NCBI GenBank assembly: GCA_038087875.1
Contig: CM075988.1
Coordinates: 11,966,001-12,030,000, forward strand
Direction of reading: 5' to 3'
Source: Malacoraja senta
Taxonomy: Eukaryota
DNA: 64,000 nucleotides
The notes under the pieces were generated by a model. The model saw only the letters and a program-made list of their open reading frames with translations. It searched no databases and had not been told where the DNA came from. The position numbers and the translations under genes are program-made. Position 1 is the stretch's first letter. Every line of letters begins with the position of its first letter. Shown here one piece after another: positions 1 to 12,173 of this stretch.

Positions 1-105
1 CAAACATGAATGTAAAATTGTAGTATTGTTAAAGATCCTTTATTTTTGAGCCCTGTTTAAAACAAAACTATGCATTTTGAAGAATGCATTTTGAAGAACT
101 ATGCA

Positions 106-198
106 GTCTGAAGAAAGGTTTCGGCCCGAAACGTGGCCTATTTCCTTCGCTCCCTAGATGCTGCTGCACCCGCTGAGTTTCTCCAGCACTTTTGTCTA
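106..198 (+). mobile_element. Solo PLE-derived mini-element with hammerhead-like core
   Basis: GTCTGAAGAAAGGTTTCGGCCCGAAACGTGG...GATGCTGC...CTGAGTTTCTCCAGCACTTTTGTCTA; flanked by direct repeat ACTATGCA at 98-105 and 198-205. Confidence 0.8.
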
Positions 199-397
199 CT
201 ATGCATTTTGAGTTGTCTATAGTTCACTAGATTTAATTTGATAATTGACTTTAATGTTGAACACCTGTGAGTAATTAAAAACTTTTCTTCCCAAATATTA
301 CGAGAAGCCTTTTACAAATTAAGAGCAGTGATCTAGCGTTATCACTTTCGGGAAGGAGCTTCGGGATTTTGTCCCTTCTCGCCCAAACCACCCCATC

Positions 398-796
398 CCA
401 GGTACTTTCCCCTGCAACTGCAGGAGATGCAACACCTTTCCCTATACTTCCTCCCTTGACTCTGTCCAAGGACCCCGACAGTCTTTTCAAGTGAGGCAGA
501 GGTTCGCTTGCACCTCCAACATCTACTAGTCCAGGTGTGGACCCCAATATATCAGCGAGACCAAGCGCAGGCTTGGCGATCGTTTCACTGAACACCTCCA
601 CTCAGTCCGCCTAAACATACTTGATCTCTCGGTTGCTGAACAATTTAATTCCCACTCCCACACTGACCTTTCTGTCCTGGGCCTCGTCCATTGTCAGAGT
701 GAGGCCCAGCACTAATTGGAGGAACAACACCTCATATTTCGCTTGGGCAGCTTACACCCCAGTATTATCAATATTGACTTCTCTAACTTCAAGTAA
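398..796 (+). pseudogene. Penelope-like element C-terminal GIY-YIG endonuclease remnant (2 internal stops)
   Basis: Manual translation: PGTFPCNCRRCNTFPY...FACTSNIY*SRCGPQYISETKRRLGDRFTEHLHSV...FNSHSHTDLSVLGL...LEEQHLIFRLGSLHPSIINIDFSNFK*; Cys knuckle, YIGET-like, R..EH, E..I and GMN-like motifs of PLE endonucleases. Confidence 0.88.
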
Positions 797-1103
797 CCCT
801 TGCTTTCCCTGTCTCTCCATACCTTCTCCATCCCGGTTCTCTGACCAGTCTGATTGTCCCCGATTACATTTTATCTCTGTTTGCTTTGTTGTCACCTTTT
901 AGCTAACAATGATCTATTCTACATTATCCTTAATCCTAATCCCCTTTGATGTTTCATTCTCACATCTTACTCTTCCTTATCTCCGTGTCTCCCTCTCCCC
1001 TGACTTACAGTTTGAAGTAGGGTTTAAACCTGAAATGTCGCCTATTCCTTCTGCCCAGAGATGCTGCCTGTCCCGTTGAGTTTCTCCAGCATTTTGTGTC
1101 TAT
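797..1103 (+). mobile_element. PLE 3' UTR / pseudo-LTR ending in degenerate hammerhead unit
   Basis: Pyrimidine-rich tract after the GIY-YIG stop, then TTTGAAGTAGGGTTTAAACCTGAAATGTC...GAGATGCTGCCTGTCCCG...CCAGCATTTTGTGTCTA. Confidence 0.8.
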
Positions 1104-3879
1104 CTATTTTGTTCTGCAGATTTGCTGTGATAGGAATTGAGTGAGAATTAGTTGACTATAGATCTGCAGTTCTGTGGACTGTGGATGCTTAGTGCACTCG
1201 ATTTAGCAGGCACTTTGGGACACCTTTTAAAGTTCAAAGTTAAGAATAGCACAACATTACTGAAAGTGCATCGATGTACTTCGATTTTTTTCCCTCTCTC
1301 TCTATTATACCTCGTTTTCCCTTTAAATAGCATCTGAGAACTCTATTAGATATTTCACCAGACATAATGTTTGGATTTTGCAGAGGGCTTCAATAAATTG
1401 TTCTATCCAGCATCCATTTTGGTGTAATTAAAACAATGTCGAGATATCGTAATTTCCCCCCCTAATATTTAATACCTCCGTGAATGGCAGTTCAGAAGTG
1501 CAGGGATAAGGTCAAAAAGGCATTGGGTCAAAGAGTAAGTTTTTGGAGCTGCAAGTTTAAGTATCATTCATTTCATAACTTCCCTTGTTTCAAACCTTGC
1601 TTTACCCTTTTTTGGGGGGTATCGCAGGATTAGCAAGTTTGAAGTCTTAGCTAATGTAAAGCACAGAGAGTAAAGGTTAACAGGGCTAAAATAATGGATG
1701 AGAATGCGCAATACAGGCAACCCCCATGTTACGGAGTGGTCCATAGACAAAATGAATTTTAAAATTATTTTTAAATTATGAATATTTTAATAATCAGTTT
1801 TGTATTCATTTATTCCATATTTTTGCTAAAATTCTGTGAGAGCCAATTTTATTCAGTGGCTCAAAATTTTGAGTCACGATTTGCAAATTTGGTTAGGCCA
1901 AATTATCCATCACCTGACCAGCTGTAACTTGGGGGTTGGCTTAAATACTAAGTGCAGATAATTTTTTTTAAATATATACAATGTTCAACAAAGTGTTGCT
2001 GTAATATCTTTTATTCATGGCTGTATGCCATGCAAGCCCAGATTAGGGACAAATGTCTCGGACAGCAAAAAACAGAGCTATATTAAGTGGCCCTCTATTG
2101 GGTCCCATTTTTACTGAACTTAATTTACACATATGATAGCCTACATTATATTTCTAATTTCATTGATCTTTTGTGCTTTCTTTACTAATTCATCCTCACT
2201 GTACATGGGGAGCGGGAGGGGCGATGCTATTATTTAGCTGCTTGCTGCTTTATTTGTCTCATTCACTTTTTTTGATTTCTTGTTGACTGGATAACTATTG
2301 GCAATATCTGTCATTTTTGAACCAGCCATATACGAACTCCCAGGTAGCAACTGTGAGCTTTTAGTTGTAATTCCTTTTCATGCAATTCCACCTGCCATCC
2401 TTTCTGTAAAGGTAGAGCACCCGAGAGATCTCTCCTCTTGGTGAATCAATTTGGTGATCCAGAATACAATTCTACTGTGTCACCTGTGCTTTTGCAATTC
2501 TTTTGTCTTGACAATACGAAGGAATAAGCAATGGCTTCAATCGCACAATGCTTACAATTGAATTATTTACACTGTTTTTGAAGGTGAATATTTTCCCTTC
2601 TCCAAAATCCAATTCCCAAAGTTGTCCTGATTTTGGATTGATGTGTTACTGAATAATGTTGCAAGAAATCCCTTGTGAGAAGAGTCTGAGAATTACTGTG
2701 TAAGAATATTAACAATAAAGTGCCTGTTAGTTATAAACTGCCTAAAATTTGGACTTCATGTTTTGTTATGCACTTTTGTGTTAATGTAAGTTTTCACAAT
2801 GTTGAGTGGTCAGCACTAACAAACTTTGACTATAAATTGCTGTTTTCAGATTGATAGCTCTCTTTCCAAGTACTGATTGTTGTCAAACCATTATCTTCAG
2901 CCCTATCTCCTGTACCATCACCAAGAGCATTTGCTCGAAGCCCATGACTGCGTCACTAAGATGGTGACCATTTACTGCTGCTGTACACCTCTCTTTCCCC
3001 AAGTTATTGGTATAAACTGCCCTTAAGGATCTTTCCTGTCCAGACTCTGAATTTTGTCCTCATCTCATTCCCCATTGATTGTCCCCACCCCCCCCCCCCT
3101 TCCAACTTTTCTTGGTGATGAATTAGACATTTTGCAGCCTTGAGTCAATTCCAATTCAATTGCTCACAATCCAACGTCCCTGCCAGTCTCGCTTTTTAGT
3201 TGCTGTTGTTAACTGTTTTTGAAGCGTATCATTCCCTAACACTTCGAAATCTGTCATTGTTACATCGCATAAAAAAACAGCCAGCACACCTTCTCTCCAG
3301 CCTTGTAAACGGCTGGCCTACTTTCAAACTTTTTCTTCTTTTAAGGCCCCAAATCACAACCTATGTTTCCAACTCACTCAGATGCTGGAACAGCACTCAA
3401 CTGAACGGTGTGACCTGGTGTCAACAACATTTGTAAACTGTTCATCTGCTGAAATCTCAAATCAATTATCTCTGGAATGAAGTTCCTTAAATCACTGACC
3501 AGAATTTTGTGACATCTCCTCAAAGTTGTTGCTAGATTGTGGCTATTAATGTTTCTGTAAACAAACACTGCAAGGCATCGGATATTTCTTTAAAGTCTCA
3601 ATAAAAATTGATTTTGTTCACTATAATTTCATTCGGAGTCATTAATAAGTGTCCTAAAGTGTTAACACTCAACCAACAAACGAGTATTTTTATGGGATAG
3701 TTCAACTGTGAACAGTTGAGGAATTCCAGACCATTGCAGGTATGCAGGCTACATTTATTTTATCCATGGTCATTAACAACAATTACCATAAGTTAATAAT
3801 TTGTTTGCTCTGATTCTCCTCACTATGTCAAATGCAAAATGTCTTTGTTCATAACAAAAGAAAAGTCGGACATTCAGCC

Positions 3880-5465
3880 CATTGGAGAGTTGCCAATGTT
3901 ATTCCTTTGTTGAAGAAGAGGTAATCCAGGAAATTATAGATGGGTGCACCTCACGTCAGTGGTTGGGAAGCTATCGGGGAGGTTTCTTCAGGATTGGATT
4001 TGCATGTATTAACAAGGGTATGATGTAATGATGAACAGTCAGTATGGTTTTATCCATGGGAAGTCATGTCTTACAAAATTAATATAGTTTTTAAGGAGGT
4101 GACAATGGTGACCAATGAGTGGATGGTGTCACATGGATTTTAGTAAGGCATTTAATAAAGTCCCTCATGGTAGGCTAATCCAGAACATTAAGATGCATGA
4201 AATCCATGGTGGCGTTGTTGTTTGCATTCAGTTGACTAATAGAAGACTGAGGGTTCTTCTGGAAAGGTGTTAATCTGACTGGAGGTCTGTGACTGGTTCT
4301 ATAGAGTTCTGTGCTGGGGCCTCTGTTGTTTGCGACATATATATGATTTGGACTTTAATGTAGATGAGTAACTTTGTAGACGACACCTAAATTGGTGGAG
4401 TTGCAGACGTGGAGGAGGATAACAGGTGCAGGAGTAGGCCATTCGGCCCTTCGAGCCAGCACCGCCATTCATTGTGATCACGGCTGATCATCCACAATCA
4501 ATACCCTGTTCCTGCCTTCTCCCCATATCCCTTGACTCCGCTATCTTTAAGAGCTCTGTCTAACTCTCTCTTGAAAGCATCCAGAGAATTGGCCTCCACT
4601 GCCTTCTGAGGCAGAGAAGTCTAAGTATATCGTGGGATATAGATCAGCTGCAGAAATGGGAAAAGAAATGGCAGAGAGAGCTTAAAATGAGCAAGTGTCA
4701 GATGTTGCACTTTGCGACATTGAATGCAAGGGAAAAGTGTGCAGTTAATGGCAACTCTAAACAACATTGATGTACAGAGGGATCTTGGGGTCCAAGTCCA
4801 CAGTTCCCTGAAAGTAGTAACTCAAAGATAAACTGGTAAAGAAGCCATGTGGCATGCATAGGTTATTGGTGTGGTATGCATTGATTATTAGACCCAGCAA
4901 GTCATGATTCAGCTTGATAGGACATTGTAAGGCTGCATTTGGAATATTGTTGCAATTCTAGTCGCCCCAATACTTGAAGGATATGAAAGCTTTGGAGAGG
5001 GTTCGGGCGAGGTTTACTAGAAATACGCCTTGATTGAAGGGTATTATCTATAAGGAGAAGTTGGGAAAAACTGATTATGTCTCTGGAACAACAGAGATTG
5101 ACGGGAGACCTGATAGAAAGAAGATAAAATTATGAGAGGCATAGATAGGGTGGACAGTCAAAACCTTTTCTCCCCACAGTGAAGATATTATGAACTGGGG
5201 GGCAGAGTGTTAAGGTGAGCAGTGCAAACTTTAAAGGTGATATTCAGGGCAAGTTTATACACAGAATAGTGGGTACCTGGAATGTGCCTCCAGGGATGGT
5301 GGTGGAGGTAAATATAATAGTGGCTTTTGAGAGACTTTTAGATAGGCACGTAGATATCCAGGGAATGGAGGGGTACGGATCATGTGCAGGCAGAGGAGAT
5401 ATGTTTAATTGGCATCATTTTCGGCATGGACATTGTGGGCTGAAAGGCCTGTTCCTGTGTTGTCC
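3880..5465 (+). mobile_element. Decayed CR1-clade (HER1-like) LINE, RT domain to 3' tail
   Basis: Broken frames give WRVANVIPL, YGFIHGKSCLT, MDFSKAFNKVPHGRL, SVLGPLLF, FVDDT; ends GGGCTGAAAGGCCTGTTCCTGTG tail. Confidence 0.9.
4419..4618 (-). mobile_element. Younger CR1 3' fragment nested antisense in the CR1 above
   Basis: Near-identical to 59650-59840 (GGAGTAGGCCATTC...CTGAGGCAGAGAA); interrupts host RT just after the FVDDT motif. Confidence 0.85.
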
Positions 5466-5644
5466 CTTTCATTGCATCTTTGATGGTTTAAAGAACACAT
5501 CCATTAATCATCTGCTGACATCTATTCCCCTGCAAACTATTCTTATTTGCTTATCAACTCCCCTCTCCCATTTCTCACCTGAGCTGGTCAGTTTACAAAA
5601 GCATTTAACCCAGTGACCACACCAGAGCACTCAGAAGAAACATG

Positions 5645-5800
5645 TTTAGTTTAGTTTATTGTCACGTGCACCGAGGTACAGTGAAAATCTTCTTTTGGTG
5701 CATGCTATCTAGTCAAAGAACAGACTATACATGATTTTTAATCAAGCACTCCACAGCGTACAGATAAATAAGGATTTTAAAGAGTGAAGCAATTGTTATG
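5645..5800 (-). mobile_element. 3' end of Rex1/Babar-type retroposon family
   Basis: TTTAGTTTATTGTCACGTGCACCGAGGTACAGTGAAAA..., shared with 12308-12510 and 51222-51395. Confidence 0.65.
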
Positions 5801-5920
5801 TATGATAGCCGACCCTCTTCTGGGACTAGCACGCAAAGAGTCGCCTGGGGCTGGCGCCATCCTTAGGTTGGAGTGGCCACAGAGAACATGCAAACTCCAC
5901 ACTGACAATTTGCAAGTTGA

Positions 5921-6016
5921 AGATAGGCACAAAATGCTTGAGTAATTCAGCAGGACAGGCAGCATCTCTGGAGAGAAGGAATGGGTGACGTTTCGGGTCG
6001 AGACTCTTCTTCAGAC
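5921..6016 (-). mobile_element. PLE mini-element with intact hammerhead core nucleotides (5987-6014)
   Basis: Minus strand reads GTCTGAAGAAGAGTCTCGACCCGAAACGTCACCCATTCC... Confidence 0.85.
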
Positions 6017-6271
6017 GATGGATTCTGGGTTGTTGGAGCTGAGGCATTGAACTAGCTACTGCACAACTGTGCCACCTTGACAATGAATGTGTCATCACAT
6101 GCCGTAGTATTAACGTTGCCAATCCAAATTATTGGCATTGTAAAGCAATATTTATTCAATTTGCACAAATAGTACATATTTAGAGTTAATGCCTTTCAGT
6201 ATACAGTCAATAACAATCAGAGGAGGTGCATATTTAATAACCTTGTAATTATAAAAATGATTCAGTGTCAC

Positions 6272-6620
6272 CTGTGACGCGGTTGGTGGCACCTGCTTCT
6301 GAGTCAGAAGCTTCTGATGAGCTGTTTCACTGTTGGAAGTGACACATCTTAGAGAAGATGTTGAACCGTTCCCACTGCTCTGTCAGCTTCATGTAGATAC
6401 ATCCCATGGACTCTTGAATGCAAGACTGGTGAAGTTACTTATTCAACTTAACTCTAATATAATAATTTGCCATTAGCATACCGGGGTTTGAATACAAATT
6501 GGCTGCCACATTTCTTGCATCACAACAGTGACTTCAATTCACAGATGCTCAACTAGCTTTAACTGGCTTGGGGATATCCTGAATTGCCTGCAAAAGGTGG
6601 AATCCAACTTCCAGTCTTTT
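6272..6620 (+). mobile_element. Ancient Deu-SINE (SacSINE1-like)
   Basis: TCTGAGTCAGAAG head, GATGTTGAACCG, ATCCCATGG, CAAATTGGCTGCCACATTTC..CATCACAACAGTGACT match recalled SacSINE1/AmnSINE consensus blocks in order. Confidence 0.7.
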
Positions 6621-6701
6621 CATTTTAATGAGGTTCACATGGACTAATATTTCAATTCAAAAAATATTTATTTATAAACACTCTTAAGGAATCTATTCTG
6701 A

Positions 6702-6830
6702 AGTCTGAAGAAGGATCCTGACCTGAAAAATCACGTATTCACGTTCTCCAGAGATGCTGCCTGATTCGCTGAGTTACTACAGCATTTTGTATGTTTTTGT
6801 TTTGATAAACAAACATCTGTAATTCTTTGC
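6702..6830 (+). mobile_element. PLE mini-element (degenerate hammerhead)
   Basis: AGTCTGAAGAAGGATCCTGACCTGAAAAATCAC...GAGATGCTGCCTGA...GAGTTACT. Confidence 0.75.
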
Positions 6831-8169
6831 AATTCCAAGCAATATATTTTCTATTTGTAGTAACCATCTAACTCAATTTTGTATCCGAAAGGTGTAATGC
6901 AAACATGTTTTGAGAGAATAACAATTCGTCAATCAACATTAAATGCGATATTATTTTACGTTGGTTTGTGGAATAACCATTCTGCGTCATTACAGCAGTT
7001 GTCCATGCATTCCCTCCATATTATTATGGGAGATTTGCAGGTTTTATTCAATTATTGACACATTTATACTGTAGAGGTTGGAGTGTGGTCAAAAACATGT
7101 CTTTCTTCCATAGTTATGATATGAATAGCACATTATTTCACACAGTTATTCTGTTTTAATACCCTATTAACCTTCAAGCACAGTTCCAAGAATTAGCCTT
7201 TGTAGTTATAAGAGTCCACCAGCACGTATTTTGCAATGGTACTCTCACAGGTAGTAATTAATGTTCTTTCATCTGTTTTCGATGAGGCTTTGTGAGTCTT
7301 CCAGTGGAGCCAGAGCATAAATGAGTCAAGAAACATTGACGTGGTTTGAAAGCACATCTGAATCAATCCTGGCTATTTTCCTGCAGGTTCTTCTTTTGAA
7401 TAAAAATGTGCTCGTTGGACATATGTCCTCTTTGGACTTATCTTGTCCTAAGTTTTGAATTATAGCAGGTACATCCTAAAGAAAATTCCACACAGCAGAT
7501 ATTTCACAAGCTCGGATGTACATAAATGACAGCTTTGAATTATTTTTAAATAGGATGATCACCCCTTGTGTGTTTAGAAAAAATATTAAGATAAATTATT
7601 GTGAATTAATTCAGCTTTTTTTCAGTTTAGCATAATTAAATATTTTTCTATTTTTAGATTCAGCCAGTTAGCACATTGCAATTTTTTTCCCATGAGTGCT
7701 GATATTTATTGCAGATGGAAGCCATCCTGTAGTGCACCCTTCAGTAAACTCTGACCACTTTCCCCCGAAGTTCCGTGTCAATCCACCACATTTGATGCCT
7801 GGATGACGAGGAATCTAATAAAGTCCATTTATTTCCTTGTGTGTTGCTTGATCTTGAGAATTTCATGGGTCACATCGTCCATCTCCAAGACTGCCTGTGA
7901 AATACTTCATCCAATATCGTTGAAGTTCGCATTGCATCATTTGAAAGTCAATGGCCTGGATTTTACAGTAATAATGGCAAAACTAAAAGTGTTTGCTGTC
8001 ATTATTCTGTGCAACTAACAGATATTTATGTACGTGCATAGTTTACCAGTTGTGATTGTAACCACAGGCTGGAAATATGGTGCTTCCAATGTTGAAACTA
8101 ACTCCGGAAATGCTCTTCCAGGTACGTACTTCTATAATACATTGGTGAGAAGAAAGTGAGGTAAACTTA

Positions 8170-8276
8170 AGATAGACACAAAATGCTGGAGTAAATCAGC
8201 GGGCCAGGCAACATCTCTGGAGAGAAGGAATAGGTGGCGTTTCGGGTCAAGATCCTTCTTCAGACTAGAGTCAGGG
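8170..8276 (-). mobile_element. PLE mini-element
   Basis: Reverse copy of the unit; cleavage triplet mutated to GCC. Confidence 0.8.
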
Positions 8277-8301
8277 TTCCTTAATGTTGGTTAACTCAAG
8301 A

Positions 8302-8498
8302 TCTGCAGGTGCTGGTTTAAATCATAGATAGACACACAATGTTGGAATAATTCCGTGGGACAGGCAGCATCTCTGGAGAGAAGGTATGGGTGACGTTTCG
8401 GGTCCAGACCATTCTTCAGACTGAAGAAGTCTCAACCCGAAATGTCACCCATTCCTTCTCCAGAGAGGCTGCCTGTCCCGCTGAGTTATTCCATTTTG
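8302..8498. mobile_element. Palindromic (inverted) PLE mini-element pair
   Basis: Reverse unit 8302-8419 abuts forward unit 8421-8498 at TTCTTCAG-A-CTGAAGAA; minus core 8392-8419 intact. Confidence 0.85.
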
Positions 8499-8811
8499 GG
8501 CCTATGTTCAAGATTTCTTGACAACATTTGGGAATTGGTCTGGTTTTTTCAGTAATGGTACTGCTTTGAATATGCTGTGTGAGATCCATGTTTTTCCAGG
8601 GACATTCCATCTTACTGACCGGGCACTCTGCCACCTTTGTACTCATTGAATTCTTCAACTTCAGATAAACTGCTGTCTCATAATTTCCCATCATGCTAAT
8701 ATCCTTTTCTCACCTCTTTTCCATAAACTGTCTCCCATTTGGTCAGCACTCATGTTGCTTATTACCTAAGCTACCTTCATCAATCTCCATGTAGGCTTTT
8801 ACCTTGCACTT

Positions 8812-9645
8812 CAAATTACACTAAGATAGGTGGTACTGTAGACAGTGAAGATGATTATCAAGAATTTCAGTGGGATGTTGATCATCTGGGCAAATAGACC
8901 AAGGAATGGTTAATGGTATTTAGTTCAGATACGACTGAGGTGTTGCATTTTGAGCTGCATACCAGAGCAGGGCCTTTACAGTGAAGGGTGAAACCATGGA
9001 GAGTGTTGTCATGCAGAGCGATCTCGGAGTACAAGCACAGTTCCCTGAAAGTGGCGTTACAGGTAGTGAAGGCTTTCGGCACATTGGCCTTCATCAGCTA
9101 AGGATTTGAGGAGAGTAGTTGGAACATTATGTTACATTTGTACAAGACATTGGTGCAACCTTACTTGGAGGAATGTGTTCAGTTTTGGTCACTCTGCTGT
9201 AGGAAAGATGCCATTTAAGCCAGACAGGGTGCTGAAATTTAAGAGGATTTGGCCAGGACTTGAGTGCTTGATATATGGGGAGAGCTTTGGCAATCTAGGA
9301 CTTTATTCCTTGGGGTGCAGGAGACTGAGGGGTGATCTAAGGTAGATGCATAAAATCATCAGGGGAATAGAAAGTGAGAATGTACAGAGTATTTTTCCCC
9401 CAGAGTAGGGGAATCGAGAACTAGAGGGCATAGGTTTAAGGTGAGAGTGAAAAGATTGAATAGGAATTTGAGGGGTAACCTTTTCACGCTGAGGCTGGTG
9501 GGTATATGGAATGAACTATAAGAAGCAGTAGTTGACATGGGTACAATAGAAACATTTATAAGACATTTGGATAGGCACATGGAGCATCTTGGTTGGCATG
9601 GACGAGTCGGGCCGAAGGGCCTGTTTCCATGTTGTATAACTCTGA
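8812..9645 (+). mobile_element. Decayed CR1 LINE 3' part
   Basis: TKIGGTVDSEDD, LYKTLVQPYLEECVQFWS, LGLYSLGCRRLRGDL; tail GGGCCGAAGGGCCTGTTTCCATG. Confidence 0.9.
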
Positions 9646-10239
9646 GTATGTGGCTCTGACCTCACTCCTCCCCCCAGCTGTTTTAAAATCTGTTACCTCT
9701 TCACTCTTCCCCATGACCCAAAACATTAACTAGACGCTGCTTGACTCTTGAAACCATTTCTGTCTTTGACTCAGATTTGGACAGATGCAATTTTATTTAT
9801 TTTTCACTTGAGTTTGTTCAAAGCCTCTGCCAAGTAGTTTCTGACCTGGGAGGATAAAAGACAAGGGTAGTTGATAACCGCCAATACATTTCCTTGCCAC
9901 AAGACGCTCCTTGCATCTATTCCTTCCTGACTGTTCATCACAACCTCTGTCCAGACAGGGTGCTTGTAGGAATGGTAATGGAGATGTCTGCGGCATTGAG
10001 TCTAAATGTGATGATATGAAACTGTAGCTGGCCAGTCTGTTAGACTGTTCTCCCAGTTGGGTATGTCCCTGGATATTCTTGAGTGCGACCTTGCATTGTT
10101 AAGTGGGAGAACTGAACCCTTTCAGTTAAATTGAGAAGCTGGGATTGACTGACCATTAGACTGTTTTAGGGTGCTTTGAGGCAATTGAGTATCTTGACGG
10201 GTCATTTCATGGAAGATTTAAAGTTACATTTGACCCACA

Positions 10240-10450
10240 CTTGCTGCAGACAACAGATTTAATTCGTGAAACTACGTTGATGAACACAATTGTCTTGGAA
10301 ACCCATCTGGCATTTTTGCATTCACTTTTATCAGCACTTGTTTTTCCAGATTCAATTAGTTAATGGACTACATTTTCCAGCTGCCTTTGTGGAATTTGAA
10401 TGTTTTTTGAACACTCGTCAAGACCACTCGTTAGGAGGCCAGTAACAACT
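10240..10450 (-). mobile_element. Highly decayed ancient chondrichthyan SINE-like repeat
   Basis: CCAGATTCAATTAGTTAAT...CCAGCTGCCTTTGTGGAATTTGAA resembles the reverse of a tRNA-like head (TTCAAATCCCAC..GGCAGCTGG). Confidence 0.35.
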
Positions 10451-10903
10451 ATGCTGAACGATAATTAAATTGGCCCATAACCGTTAGAACGAATGCTAGC
10501 TGTTCTTTTTTTCTAGATTAAGAAATAAATTTGATTTAATTCTTGTTTCGAGGGCACATGTTCCAGAAAGCAGTTGAAGAACGATTGTTAAGTGAGAATC
10601 ACATCCTTAAAAATAGTTGGTTATTAATGAGCGAGACTGATTGCAGCTGATTATGAGGACCTGTGCAAAGCTTAGTACTCAGTTCATGTATAATCTCAAG
10701 GAGAGTTTTAAGTGGAACCATTTTTAAATTCACGGAAGAATCAAATGTGCACGAAGATAGTAATTTAGAACAATTTCACTCCAAGCTGATTTGGTTCAAT
10801 CTGGTTAAAAACGGAAGCAAGAGCAAGTTTCAATTAATCACACTGTCATAGCCAAGGTGGGCAGCTTAAATGTTTTTTTAAAACTATTAACTCAATGAAA
10901 AAA

Positions 10904-10995
10904 TCTGATAAAGGGTTTCGACCCGAAAAGTCACCCATTCCTTCGCTCCAGAGATGCTGCCTGTCCTGCTGAGTTACTCCAGCATTTTGTGTCTA
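10904..10995 (+). mobile_element. Solo PLE mini-element with TSD
   Basis: TCTGATAAAGGGTTTCGACCCGAAAAGTCACCC...; direct repeat TAACTCAATG at 10888-10897 and 10994-11003. Confidence 0.85.
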
Positions 10996-11764
10996 ACTCA
11001 ATGGAAAAACTGCATACCTGGGGATATATCTGTAATAATGTCAAATCTCCTGTTTCCATTTCAAAAGATAAATCTGCAGGGCATTTGAATGTAAAATCTG
11101 ATGAATGCAACAAGCCGATTACATATTAAAATTGTAGTTTTACGTGGAAACACTATTACATGTTAGCAAAGACATCAGGAAGGGTCAGTCGCTATTCCTG
11201 TACACTTGCTAATTGGGGATGGGAGGTATTCTCCTGGACTGTTCAAAAGGAAAAGAATTGTACTGTGTTAGCAATTAACATTTGTGACAACAAAAGCACC
11301 ATTCACCATTTTTGCAGTGGTTGACCAGAAAAAGTGCCAGGGGAAATACATTCCTCCTCCTATAAGGTTTGTGCTGAAAGTCTTTACAGAAATTTCAGCA
11401 ATATTTCTGCAAAAAAGGATGCTCGGGAACAGATTGCATGCGCTGTGCCTATTGTTATTCTGCCAGCTGTCATATATTGACCAAGTTTGCCATTTTGTAT
11501 AGATGAAGATCTAACTTAATTTCCTTAAAATCGACTTCCATTATTGAAAGCTGTAAGCGGGAGATTATTTAAGAACCAATTGCTTACTGCAATTTATTTA
11601 TTAATTGAAAGATTGCCAAGAAATTAAAGCCCTTGAATGGGTTTAATCCCTGCAATAGACAGAGCCAGCTGCTAAAATCATATGTAGAAATCACCCATCA
11701 GCACATTGGTGTCTTTATTTGATCCGTCTCTTCCTTATAAAGAGAGAGGGAGAATGCTTATGAT

Positions 11765-11905
11765 TCAGGTGAAAGACCCTTCAACTCATGAAAGGTTTTG
11801 ACTGCAGTATGTTAACTGTTTCTCCTTGCTAATGCTGCCTTGCTCACTGGCAATTTATAGCATTTTCTGCTTGTTTTTAAATTTCATATTTCTGGCATCT
11901 GCAAT
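11765..11905 (+). mobile_element. Older PLE hammerhead-unit subfamily, decayed
   Basis: CTCATGAAAGGTTTTGACTGCAGTATGTTAACTG...ATGCTGCCT...AGCATTTTCTG...GGCATCTGCA. Confidence 0.55.
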
Positions 11906-11994
11906 TTCATTTAACATATCCATATCCTATTCATTGTTCTTTTCCCACTGCAATAATACCACTGCTTTATACCACTGCAGTTACACCACTGCAC

Positions 11995-12173
11995 TTTTCA
12001 AGAGAGAGTTTGGTTTAGCTCTTAGAGCTAAAGGAATCACGGGATATGGGGGAAAAAGCAGGAACGGGGTACTGAATTTAAATGATCAGCCATGATCATA
12101 TTGAATGGTGGTGCTGGCTTGAAGGGCCGAATGGCGCACTCCTGCACCTATTTTCTATGTTTCTATGTTTCTA
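11995..12173 (+). mobile_element. CR1 3' end with (TTTCTATG)n tail
   Basis: GATCAGCCATGATCATATTGAATGGTGG...GAAGGGCCGAATGG...CTCCTGCACCTATTTTCTATGTTTCTATGTTTCTA. Confidence 0.85.

Noticed and set aside
275-601. 108-aa minus ORF (and + ORF 621-902)
   Set aside because: Antisense or off-frame readings of the PLE GIY-YIG remnant
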